From Carcharhinus amblyrhynchos (lineage: Eukaryota), in NCBI GenBank assembly GCA_965287045.1, contig OZ336884.1, positions 46,128,001 to 46,192,000 of the forward strand: 64,000 nt of DNA, read 5' to 3'. A program made the translations under genes and the position numbers. The notes beneath the pieces were generated by a model, which saw nothing but the letters and a program-made list of their open reading frames with translations, searched no databases and had not been told where the DNA came from. Below are positions 26,561 to 38,765 of the stretch, one piece after another. Position 1 is the first letter of the stretch, and each line of letters begins with the position of its first letter.

Positions 26561-27229
26561 TTAAAACAAATTAAAATATTGCAGTAGACTTCACAGCATA
26601 CCAAAAGATGGTATAAACACACCAAAATAATTCACATATCCAGAAGAATAGGAAGCCATGAAATTCCAGTGCTGCAAAAGAATATTTTAATACATTTTAT
26701 GTACACTTAATGTTTGAGAAGTACAGTAAGCCCAAGCCATTTAGATAAGTTTCCAACCCATTAAAAATTGCAGTTCAATTTGCTGATGTACATAAGTTAA
26801 AATGTTCCTCAAATACTCACTCAATGAGGCAAAACATACTATGAAAGATTTAGTACATTACCATTTCAGAAGTTTGCTTAAATCACATGAACAATGTGGA
26901 GACTGAATGGCTAAGCTGGAACCATTTTATAGATAACCAGTGATAAATTTAACACTTTCTTAGAATCTTTTGGAAAATTCAGTAGTTGTCAATTCAATAG
27001 TTATTGATTGCGAAAGAGAGACATACTGAGTTATAAATGACTAATGACATATGGAAAGCTTCATGGGACAAGAAGCCTGTCTGTAATAACCAACAGGAGG
27101 TTCTTTAAATATACAGAAATAAGCAAAGTTCAGGACTGCAGGGAATTCTGTTTGCTTCTTTTCTTCCCCAATGCTTCACACAAACTGCATTTTACACACA
27201 GTTTCACACTTAGTGTCAATTGACATTAG

Positions 27230-29350
27230 CAGCAGGATTCTGGGAAAGTGATCTTTCGTTCAATCATCTTAATGTGAACCTATTAACAATGTGCCCAGCA
27301 ATAACTTGTTGGATTAGTCAGGAGGAATTCCATCACCTAACATCTCCTTCTAGCCAGAGTTAGGAAGCCAATTTTCACCATGGTGTTGGGAAACAGGAGC
27401 CAAATCTGTTTTGGGGTCAGAAACTTCCCTCTGTGGAAGTACACCTTTAATTGATATATAGACATATTTTCTGTCTGCTTAGAACTAGTGGGGACAGAAA
27501 GAGGTGGGTCAGATCAAGTGTGGGGCTAATGTACAGCAGCCATCACACTAAGGCTGCTAATTGTCCCAAGGGAGAGAGAGAGAGAGAGACCTATGATTTG
27601 TGCCAAAGTCTTCTGAAGCATCAACGAGAAGCAAGCTGTCACTAAGGAGTCAGAGGCCTGCACGCAGGGCAGGTTTCATCAATGCCAACCTGGATGAAAT
27701 AATGGAAGCTGTGAGGGAAGTCTTCTTCCCAGAGAGTGGCAGAAGAGTTTTTTTTAACCTCTTCATAAAGCAGAAAGGCCTGTCTGTTCAGCATCACACA
27801 CACAGCCTCCAATTCTGTTGACTCTCTCATCTCCTGCTTCTTCTCCAATGAATTGTTTCCTTCCAGGGCTTCACTGTCGTCAAGATCCACACCTCTTTGG
27901 AGGGCCACATTATGCTCGATGTACCATGATGACATAAACTCTTGCTGTAGAGTGGTGGAGTGCACCACCCAACTAATGCAGAAATGGCAACAGCATCATC
28001 AGAAGTCTAATTCCTATAGAATGGTTGCCCTGTTGAGCAGGTGGCACTCATTTTATGACCTGTGCCTGGGGCTTCTGTAGATGAGTAAGTAGCCATATAT
28101 TCAAGGAATTTCCCTTGTCTCTGAAGATCCATCCACATATTTTAGGAAATTGGAGTGAAGTCTTGGTGATGGAGGATGAGGGAGTCATGGCAGCTGCCAG
28201 GAAAGTAAGCACAGTCAAGCAAGAAGCATTTGTTCTGGTTAAAAGATCAGTTGTACGTTGAGGGAATGAAAACCCATCCTGTTGATGTATCCCTCTGGTC
28301 AGTCACAGGGTATCTTGATGGTCACACAGCTGCAAATGCACATGGTGCACCTAGAGGAATCCAAAAGTGGAGGCAAAACCAAATTTATACAGTCTGTGTA
28401 CAAGACATGTTTGTCAGACTATGAATGTGTTGTCCAGCTCTGGCAAAGATGGCATCAATGACCTGTGAGATGCAGTGGGTTGTCATTGTTTTTGACATAC
28501 CATCAAGTTCCACAACTGATCCTGAGGGGGAAAAAAGTCAGAAACAAAGACGTTCAAGATCACAATGACTTTGATATTCATTGCAGGCCATGGTGAACAG
28601 CGCAGTTAAATCTTAGCAACGAGGCAGAGAAGTTTGTGGTCATCTGCCTGGATAGTCAGTCTCCTTAAATACTGTTCAGCACTTGTTATATACTTAGCTA
28701 TTAAGGATGGTATAGTGTTAGCCATCACACTCCAATATCATGAAATTATCCTTTTAAACCACTCTGCCTTGATAAATCTCCCCTTAAATATGGCATTTTT
28801 CTGTAAAGTTGCAACTTTAACCATTCCTTTCATATCTGTTTCACTTCTAAGTAAACACAGAAACTAGAAGCCATTCAGCCCTTTGAGCTGTATCTAATTT
28901 CTTCTCGAAATCAGACAACATTTTGGCCTCAACTACATTCTGTGGTAGTGAATTCCATATATTCACTACCCTCTGGGAGAAGAGATTTCTCCTCTCATCA
29001 GTTCTAAAAGGTTTATCCCTTTTATTCCTTTTCCTTTGACCCCTAGGTCTGGGCTCCCAGTAGTGCCATCTCTGGCCATTGATCATGTTTGAGGGCATGT
29101 TCGCCATTGCCATTTTGCCTCTTCCTCTCCTGTGCTCTCATGGTGCCCTTTCTGTAAAAGGCACGTTGCCCCTTGTTAACATAAAACTCCAAATCTGACT
29201 GATGTTCCTGGCAGGAGCCTTCCTTAGGGCCTGTGACTACCTAATTGTCCTCAGCAGCTCTTCTGCCCGTACAAATGCCAGGGGATGTCAACCCCATTCA
29301 AATCCTAGATGTTGAATGGGTCAATATGGACCAAAGCACCTTCAATTTTT
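27230..29350. mobile_element. Degenerate Harbinger/PIF DNA transposon (Myb/SANT ORF on +, DDE transposase on -)
   Basis: Plus: 'ARRAGFINANLDEIMEAVREVFFP'. Minus, by hand: 'YINRMGFHSLNVQL', 'FPGSCHDSLIL', 'DKGNSLNIWL', 'HNVALQRG' (HARBI1-like motifs). Interrupted by LINE fragments at about 28700-29060. Confidence 0.8.
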
Positions 29351-30558
29351 AAAATTCCTTCAATGCAAGTGACGTTGGCAAAGTCAACATTTGTTGCCAA
29401 ATCTCAACTGCCCTTCTGAAGGTGGTGATGAGCCCTCATCCTGAGCTGATGCTGTGTTCATTGTATAGGTACATTCACTGTGATGTTAAGGAGGGATAAA
29501 GTAAACAGCATCTTCAATAGTGCAGCATTCCCTCAAAACTGCAATGGTCAACCTGGATGAATTAATTCTGTTGGGGGAAATAACAGCTCCACCAAATATT
29601 TATGTGTTGGAAGAACAGGTGAAAATCAATGCGAACTGTACATGGTCCATTAAGAGTTTAAATGCTTTGTATCAATGACTGAAGTGACTTTATGCCAAAG
29701 ACATCATTCACTCACAATCAGCTGGGACAGGCTCTTGAAGAAAGAGATGAAGCCTAGTCATGCATTCTAAAAGCATGAACACAGCAGCATAGTTAGTTGA
29801 AGACTTTTATGAAACCTAAAAACAATTAATGCAATAGAATATTCACTTCTAGGTTTAGATGCAATGCTCATCAATCAACACATTAAAGAAGTACCATTTG
29901 TTTTTGTAGCACATCTTCAGTAATTGAAGATTTTTTTTCATGCTGTCAAGCAAACGAAAATCAAATAAATCATTGCTTGAGGACAAAATTCTGGACAGAC
30001 ATGTATATCTCGAGGGAAAAATGAAGGAATAGGATTAAATTTAGAGCATCTTGGGGAATTAGATGGAGAAGACAAACGGGAACAGAAAAACAAAATAAAA
30101 CAAAACACTTTTTAGTTCACATCACAGGAGCATGGAACATCAGCTGTAGAATTTGAGAGAGAATGGCACCAATGATGCTATCAAGGTATAGTGGCGATAT
30201 TCTTTCTTCTCCATCATTCAATCTGTGACAAATCATGGATCCACATTATTCTGAACTGACCATGCATGCAAACTCAAAAGTGGCAATCTTTATGAATTAA
30301 CAAGGGAGCAAGGTTCCAAAATAAAAACATAACTAGTCTGCAGTTAAATGATTTACGAGGAAAGGAGAGCAAAAAAAAAGCACATCACCGCACTTGAATC
30401 ATATTGTTGATCAGAAACACTGAGGAAGCTTCTCACAATATTCTTTCCAAGACTATCCCGTAAGAAAACATCAAAATAAAACACAATTCCACTAAATTCT
30501 GCAAAACACAGCAGTAAAATATCTGCTTGCTCAGTATGCAGAATATTTAAAATCTTAC

Positions 30559-30610
30559 CTTTCAACATGAAAGTTGTCTGTTGCCTGGACATAAACCATA
30601 TATAGCTTTG
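30559..30610 (-). CDS. Candidate small coding exon: xKLYMVYVQATDNFHVE(R); alternative acceptor at 30584
   Basis: Strong donor 'AAG|gtaaga'; ends in phase 2, matching exon 21065-21167 (AG+G = Arg). Confidence 0.35.
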
Positions 30611-31738
30611 CTTTAATTCAAAAAGATAATTATTGACTAGAAAAGCTGCCCAATGGTAGCATTGCTGCTTCTGCAGCAGAAGCTTCAAGTTCAAGTCCTA
30701 TCCCTGGCCATGGAAGTGCCATTCATAAAATGTCAAACAAGTTGATCATGAACCCCTTCTAATGTATTTACAGTAAGCACAAAGCAAAGTTTCTTGTTCA
30801 GCCAGAACCTGCAGAAGGCAATGGCAAACTACTACAGTACCTTGCCAAGCAGAAGCATGGACTAACACATGGAAGTCCATGGTTGCCAACGCTCTCTTAG
30901 GGCAGGCATCTGGCGAGAGAGAGCACATAGCTACAATAAAAGTGTTTGATACAGTTATTGACCAGCATTAGAAAGCTTGCCATTCTTTGGTGACATAGTT
31001 GAGGGGGAAGAATTATCTTTTCCATCAATGGTAACATTTATTTAAGTATCACAATCAATTCATCACACTTTTTTGATGAATCACCAGAAGCACTTCCATT
31101 TCTACTTTGGTGGAGACAAACAAAGATAATCTACTTTGATCAAAATATATCATCTCTTCTCAGTTTATTCACACCCAGTAAGGTCATTTCAACTGTTGTG
31201 TTACTATTCTTGGGAGTCAAATAATAGAGTTTAACCGTTCCAGTACAAAATCTAGGCTGATGCTTCTTGAACCATCCACTTTATTCATTGTACTGCAAGA
31301 ATATTTATGCCCAGTGGCCAACACTGTCCTCAACAAACTGCAAAATCCAATCAACTGATTTATTTGCAATTTGCAGGGCCTTGTTGTGTTAAGTGGCTGT
31401 CACGGTTACGATAGGTTCTTCGGTTTTGGGCAGTAATTAATTGGTTTTGAAGAACCGGTGATATGTTCTGATGACATAAATGAATACATGAAAGGGAGCA
31501 ACTTTTCATTATGTTCTCCATTGTGAAGTGTCTTTGTTCGATTACTGTTACTCAGTCAAAGGTGGCCAATCCTTCACAAAAATACCACTTTCTTTCCCAC
31601 TATCTCAGGTATGTTGCTTGATTAGAAAAATAAAAGAAATGTCAAAAAACTTGAATTCAAATTCTGATTCATCAATACAATCATCTGGACAATAGTGCTT
31701 TTCCTTGTAAATAATGAAAACTTACATAGAAAATTCAC

Positions 31739-31813
31739 CTTGTCTCAACTCTTCTGCTTGCTGCATTTTATCATTGGCTTCAAAAATGAACCAGGGTTCA
31801 CGTGAAGAGCTTA
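31739..31813 (-). CDS. Candidate coding exon: xSSSREPWFIFEANDKMQQAEELRQ
   Basis: Acceptor 'catctcatgcag|', donor 'AAG|gtgaat'; 75 nt, phase 1 to 1, compatible with 30559-30610. Confidence 0.27.
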
Positions 31814-34408
31814 CTGCATGAGATGATTCCCAAGTAACTCAGTTGGCAACATCAAATCTCTGGCTTAAACCCCATTTTATTTCAAAGCTACAAGATTTCA
31901 AACTTGGAGTATACTTTTCTCATTAATAGTGGAGCAGAACAGCATCACTTAACATTACTAAACATCTTTGCAATGAACAGCATAAGTATGCTGAAAATAA
32001 TGAGCATTTTTTCCAAAAAAAACGCACCTTCTGCCTGCAAAGGGAAATAATCTCATCATGCTGCACCACTATTTGAAATATTTATCTCGTACAAGCAAAA
32101 TTTGCTTTACTGGCCAGAGTGAAGTGCCAGTTCTGAGAAGTGGGAAAAATGCAGAAGGAATATCACAATGGCAGACAACACAGGAAGTTAATAATCTCCT
32201 CAGTGGTGTAATGGAAATGAGTCCAGGGGCATGCTTGGGCAAAAAAAAACATGGATAAATGGAAGAAACGTATTCTGTGTTCATTACCTCATATACTGAC
32301 TGTCAGGATTGGTGTAACAGAATACAAAGATGGAAAGCAGCCCCTTACATACCATCAGCTTATGTTATTGGTGATTGAATTGCATTACTTGTTCAAGTTA
32401 AGTCTTAGCTTCTTGCATGGATAGAAGACCCAACTTGCATCAATGTGAGATTAGGGCAAATTTTCAGGGTGATAGCATCTTAGATTACAGCACAAAAATA
32501 CAGTACATTTGCAGTTTTGTGCATTGTTAGGCAAAATCTCATGGATTTAACAGGGATTTCAGTCATCAGCTGCATAGCAGTGAGACTGTGCCACTTAGGC
32601 ACTTGCCAGGCCAGTGGCAGGATTGCCAGTGGAGTCAAAGACCCCAGGGGCAGAATAACTGCATGATAAGGCCAAATGGGAGGGAGTGAGGTGGTGGTCA
32701 GCTTAATGGATAAAATTGGTGATGGGATGGGAAAGCTGAACCTGATCAGGATGCAGGTAGGATGATGATGGGGATCCTCTCCCTCTCCCAAACCACACCA
32801 CACTTCATCAAATGCCCCGCCACCTAATCTACCACGTGACACAGCACAGGATTCCACCCATCATCACAAAAGTCATCACCAGTTCAATAAGAGCTTCCTG
32901 TAATTCAAAACCTCTAGATTTGTACAGGAGCACGGAAGCAAAGCAGTGCAGCAGGCAGGGTTGATTTTGAGGGAATATGTCCTAAGACAATGCAAATTTA
33001 GGACCACTTGAACAAGCAAACAAAAAGCAGAGTCAGTTAACTGAAAAATCCCAAGGTACTTTATAAATGGAACACACTCAACAAAATGTGTGTGATTAAA
33101 CTGTCAGTGAGTTATGCTGGGATACACTGATGACTTCAAATGAGGCAATATTGCAGTTTTTGCACTGCTGACAGCTGGGATATAGTTTTTAGAGTGAATT
33201 AACACAGAAGGTTGACATAATAGTTGTCAAGGCTTACATTTATCAAGATTCAGAACAGTTTCATGAAATTACTGTAAACACCACTGATTTCTCACAATCC
33301 AATATCTTAAAGTATTAATAAACTCTGAGCTAATAATATATTTGCAAACCAAGCAGCCAAAGGCTTATTCTGCTTAGGGCATTCATCAGGCAGTAACTTT
33401 GTTGAGAGAACGAGATTCTAAGCCAAATTCAAAATGTGTAACTCATACATGAAGAGGAAATCAAATTAAAAGTGTGCAGTTATCTTAAAAGGTACCTAGC
33501 TTGTTAGAAAGTATATTTATTTAGCAGAAAAATGGATCAAAATATCTTTGTGGAGCTTTTGACTCGAGTTGGAATCAATCTTGTGCCGTAATGTCTTGTT
33601 ACTACAAGATTGACCTGGTGCAGTGGGCTGCTGTTATGGGTATCCACAACACCAGACTGGCATCAGTACATCATCACTAGTTAAATATTGCATTTAATCA
33701 ATAAGGCAAAAATGTAAGAATTTATTTGTAGGATATAATCAGCATCTTTAAAATTCTGTGGCATCTGAAGGCAAATGTCCACAGCAAACATCACCCAATG
33801 CAACAGTGAGAAAAAGGTCTGCAGTAAATCTATCCGTTTACCTTGAAGATACAACTGCTGACAGCATCTGAAACAGGGTTTTGCTCCCACCACACGGTCT
33901 TACTTTAAAGAATTATTTCAAATGAACTGATAGAGTTACAGTGGACTAGTTTTTGTCAGATCCTTACTGAGTTACAACAGTAATGTTCTGTGCTCACAAA
34001 AATCAGCATTGAATTCAAAAGTAAATGCAAATCTTGATAACAAACATAAACCATTTATTTAGATCATATCAGTAAATTATTGAAAAAGCATATTTGCAAA
34101 ATAAAAACTCAGCAGGCTTATAGGAACAGAATCAAAACAGAAGCAGCAAATCCTTAAAAGCTGTAAAAGAGTAACTGTAAGAAGAAAGTACTTCATTGTT
34201 CAGAGAAAAGACCTTTGAATGGTTGTCCCATCCTTTACTAAAATCTGGATCAAACCACCCAATTTGGCTTATTTTGACTGACATGAAATGGAATTCTTCA
34301 TGAAATGCAAATTGCTCTTCAGGGTAACTGTTGTTTATTTCATGGTTTTTGGTTTCTTCTGTGGTTTATTTCACAGTTTTTAAGTCAAGGAAATCCAACA
34401 CTGTAGCT

Positions 34409-34485
34409 TGGGGCAGAGGGGGAGGAGGAGGCGGAGGAGGAGGAGGAGGAGGAGGCAGAGGAGGAGGAGACAGGTGGTGGGTGGT
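34409..34485. repeat. Imperfect (GGA)n microsatellite
   Basis: 'ggggcagagggggaggaggaggcggaggaggaggaggaggaggaggcagaggaggagga'. Confidence 0.95.
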
Positions 34486-37078
34486 AAATTCTAAAGCGGT
34501 GTGTGAATTCTGCACTGCATAAATATAGAACAGGTTGGTATGTCTGTAAGATACAAGCAAAGAATAATATTTAAGTAAATATTGTTAAGATTCTGTGAGA
34601 AACCCAAACGCCCCATTACAGCTACGCCACACAATTTCATAAAACGCATTATTGAAACTTGAGCAATGAAAGCATTAACTTAAGAATGTAACTTCACAAG
34701 ACTTATGCGATAAACTTACTTCTACTTATTACTTATCCTCTCAAAAAGCTTATTGACTTCCAAAATCTAAAAAGTGCATTCACTTGCCCCCAAGCCCAAC
34801 CCAAAAGATACACCATAGACCAACCCAAAGATACGCCATAGACCTCCAGAATTCACTCCGATTTTCCAGCTTTCTCCAATGTATAAGATCTGTGGATCTT
34901 TCAATTAGATTTTACCTAAGTGACTGTTCAATTTTCTTTAAAGACCTTGTGATTATGAACTTTTGTCCTGGCTTTGAACATACATAAACCTCTTTTTCTC
35001 TGTCTGCTCCGGCAAATTCTGTACAACTCTTTCCAAACTAACTATTCAATCTGACTTCTATCACAACTCTGTGAGCCTCTGCAGATTTCTTTCTCTAGCT
35101 TCAAACTGGGCAACTCTTTTCACCCTATTTCTCCTTTACAAATCTCAAATGGAACCTGAACCTCCATCCACATTCTGCATGGTGAACAAAGTTAGTAATT
35201 TCTCTGCTTAAGTGCAGAGAGAGAATTAATTTCCATTGTCTTCTCCCACTCAGTGAGCTGCTCCCTACACAAGAACAAATCTGCAACTTCCTCTGACCGT
35301 TCCCAAACCTGACTGCTTCCATCTGTCAGCAGTCATGTACAAATACATTAAACAAAATAATCTTCTAACCAAGACTCCACTCTGAATCATCGTCTCTGTG
35401 ACAATGTGGCATGCTTTGAGATGGTTCAAACAGAAAGGGAAACAAATTATTTTACCTTCAACACAATGCTTTGATTTTGCAATGCATGCAAGTGATTTAT
35501 ATGTTGCCAAACTCCCTGGTTCCATTACAACGTTAGGGGCGAATTATTCATTGTTTATGCTTTTCACATCAACTCAGACCTTGTAAGATAAACATAGTTT
35601 AGCTTTTAGCTGTAATTAACTCAATTTTTTTTTGAATTGCAGTTTGTTCATCAGTTTCTCTATCAGACACCTCCATTTATCTGGTTGGAGATGAAACTTA
35701 TAATTACTTAAATTGAAAGTGATTTTTTAAAATGTATGAATTATGAACTAGATTTTGACAATAGATACTGTCATTGAAAAATTAAAAATCATTGTACTCT
35801 TATGCAGTTAAAAATATATCTTATCACATCATGAATTAAAGCCACCAAAAAGAGAATTGAATATATGCTTTACAAATGATTTGCAGCTTAAAAGCAGCGT
35901 CAAAACATCAAAGAAAGGCATTATAATTAAATAGTCCTGAGATACACATACAAACATATGAGCAGTAACCACTGTTTAGATATACTCCAGTGCACTTCGG
36001 ACACTAAAATATTGTAGCTCCGCTTTAGTAGAATGCCAAATTTGGCTGCTGTGAAAAAAATGGCTACATCCTGCCATCAAGTTTTCACAATTTTGGACTG
36101 CTTCCCATTCAAATGTATATAGATTCGGATGGCTTGAGCATAAATACATCTGTATTTTTATTTTCCAAATGTCATTAATTCAGGATAAAAATCAAACCTT
36201 TTCATTAATAAAGCAATAGAAAATGTTCTAGAATCTCAAACCTGACCATATCTTTAATAAATTTTGGGAGCCAAAGGAAGTTCTCCAACCAGACCTGAAC
36301 ATTTTTTGATTCCCAAATGTGCTCAAGCATGTGTAAGTGTCTGGTATAACCAATTTTTCCATGTTTTAGTATGATCAAGTTACTTCCCCACTGTAGCTAT
36401 TAATTGTAACTTACTACTATTCAACATCAATGTGCTACTTTGTGAAGCTTGAAGGCTAATCAGCAATACACTATTATGTCAGTGACAATACATTTTAGTT
36501 GTAGGTGACTAAAGTCCAATAATTTCACCAATGAAAACACTGGGGTTCAAAATATTTAGCTTGTCAAAGAATAGTTGATATTTTGGGTTCAAATTTGATT
36601 TCCCACAGAGAAGTTTATAAGCTAACTCAAGCAACACAATGAGTTAGTTAGTCTCAACAGCTGAAATAAAAATAATGTTTCACTGTTAAATAAGACAACA
36701 GGATATTTTAAGCCACAATAAAAGCAGATCTGCTTGCTGGTAAAATCAGTCTTGCACTCATTGGACTCAAATCATAGCTAGGCAATTTTCTGCACAGGAT
36801 CACATGTCCTGCATGGAATCAGCTTGGAACAGATCCAGTTTTACTTGGATAGTGTCCTAACTATGTTAAGGGCTGTGGGTTTTAATCAAAATTAAAGGCT
36901 GTGGTTTGCACATGTAGGTTCAAAGTCACACCAAGCAGTTTCATTGAAAGACATGCTGCCTGAACAGAGGACAAAATGAAAATAAATCATGAGATTGTGA
37001 GACACCTGAAATGACATCATAAAATCATGTGGTCAGTTTTAAAGTAATCATATAACTAGTTAAATGCATCACGTTTAA

Positions 37079-37427
37079 GGGTGGCATGGTGGCACAGTGG
37101 TTAGCACTGCTGCCTCACAGCTCCAAGCATCCAATGTCAATTTCCAACTCAGGTCACTGTCCGTGTGGAGTTTGCATGCTTTCCCATGTCTGCGGGAGTT
37201 CCCTCCGGGTGCTCCGGTTTCCTCCCACAGTCCAAAGGTATGCCTGCGGATTAGGTGCACTGACCATGCCAAATTGCCTCTTAGTGTCCTGGGATGTGTA
37301 GGTTGGAGGGATTTGTGGGGTAAATACATGGGATTCTGGGGATAGGGTCTGGATGACATTGTTGTCGGTGTAGACTCGATGGGTCGAATGGCCTCCATCT
37401 GCACTGTAGGGATTGTATGTTTCTATG
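37079..37427 (+). mobile_element. Full-length HE1-type V-SINE with CR1-derived tail
   Basis: Head 'ggcatggtggcacagtggttagcactgctgcctcacag', V-domain and tail 'gactcgatgggtcgaatggcctccatctgcactgtagggattgtatgtttctatg'. Confidence 0.9.
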
Positions 37428-38134
37428 AATTCTACAACTTGCACAGCTGAATTTCTAATATATTAAAATTAATAGACTTAAAGTGTATAATAATGAACTA
37501 AAGTGGTACATAATACATTAGCCAACAACAGGGAGATCAGTAAGTGTGTTCACAATGAATTAGTTAGCCAGTGAATTAAATGTATGAAAAGTGAATAAAG
37601 GATAATGCTCAGTGTTTTTTTTCTAAGACAGCAACAACATTGGTCTGGATTTTGCAGTAGTAATGATGTCAGAACTGTCAGTATTCACCATCAGGAATCC
37701 TCTGAAATGGACAGCAACTGCAGGAATCTACATTTGGACAGCTGAATGCAGAAATGCACTGTCATTCGATACTACCCTTCACTATGTGCTGTTGAAGTCT
37801 GCCCCCACCCCCAACCAAACTGGCATCAAGAAACCACTGGCCTGATGAGAAATTGACTTTCAACACCATTAGTTTTGTTGCAAAAACCCTTGGAAAAGTT
37901 ATACCTTGTTAAATGAGGTGCAACTAATGTGACAAAACTGTGCCTTTAAGAAATACACTTGTCATGTTTCTTGTGCAGGATCTATTTTAGCAGTTTCTCT
38001 TTATTACCAGTGCCACTGGGTATTTCACTCCAAGTATTCTTTAATTGACCGACAAGGGCAGCCCTCTATTGTTACTGCAGCAGTATAATTGCTCCTAATT
38101 GCTAGAATGTTTGTTTAATCTGTACTAATGCTGT

Positions 38135-38765
38135 TCTGTGATTTTGTTTTTCCTGGGGTTTTGCAGACTAGGGCTTGATTCAGATGTTTGACAGGGAACA
38201 AATTACATGACTGGATGGAGCCAGGCTTACACAGAGAAATCACGTCAGAGGCTGTTTGAAGTTGTTAGAGACCAGTGCCTCTCTTTTCCTCTCTGGAGGC
38301 TTAGAGACTGGGGTTTACCAGGAAATAAATCTCTCACTGAGACCCTGCTGTTTGAAGGTGGATCATTCTCTGCAGTTTGCTGTTTGAGAAATAGAAGACA
38401 GGTGTCTGTCTGGATCTTTGTGTTAAAAAAGCTGGAAACCTGGTATCCATGTGAGCATGTGTGTTTTTGGTGCTAACATGAATCTATGGGGACATGTGCT
38501 TACTTTGCAACCAAAGAGATTGCATGTTAAGAATTAAACCTTGCATGGTTCAGTATTTCCAATTCGTAAAAGTTCTGCTTTTTTTTGTAATATTCTAACT
38601 TGTTCTTAAATAATGTTAGTTTTGATAAAAGCTTCCTAGTGAATCAATTGAATCATACCTAGAGTGAAACTCTTTATGCTCACCCTAATGCGAAATTAAA
38701 AGGAAAGATTAGGGTCCAGTCTAATTTCATGACGTATCTTGGAGTTTCTGATTCGGTCCTTAACT
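38135..38765 (+). mobile_element. Possible solo LTR
   Basis: Non-coding block starting with TG and ending 'ggagtttctgattcggtccttaac', resembling Gypsy-type LTR ends; recognised by resemblance only. Confidence 0.3.

Noticed and set aside
23020-28850. Similar peptides in ORFs 23002-23271 and 28634-28847 suggesting a duplicated gene
   Set aside because: They are two copies of a ~140-bp old repeat, probably an L2-like LINE 3' end; the similarity is at DNA level and the frames diverge.
34331-34560. Poly-Gly and poly-Pro ORFs
   Set aside because: Translations of the (GGA)n microsatellite.
37079-37160. tRNA gene
   Set aside because: It is the tRNA-derived head of a SINE, continuous with the V-domain and LINE tail.
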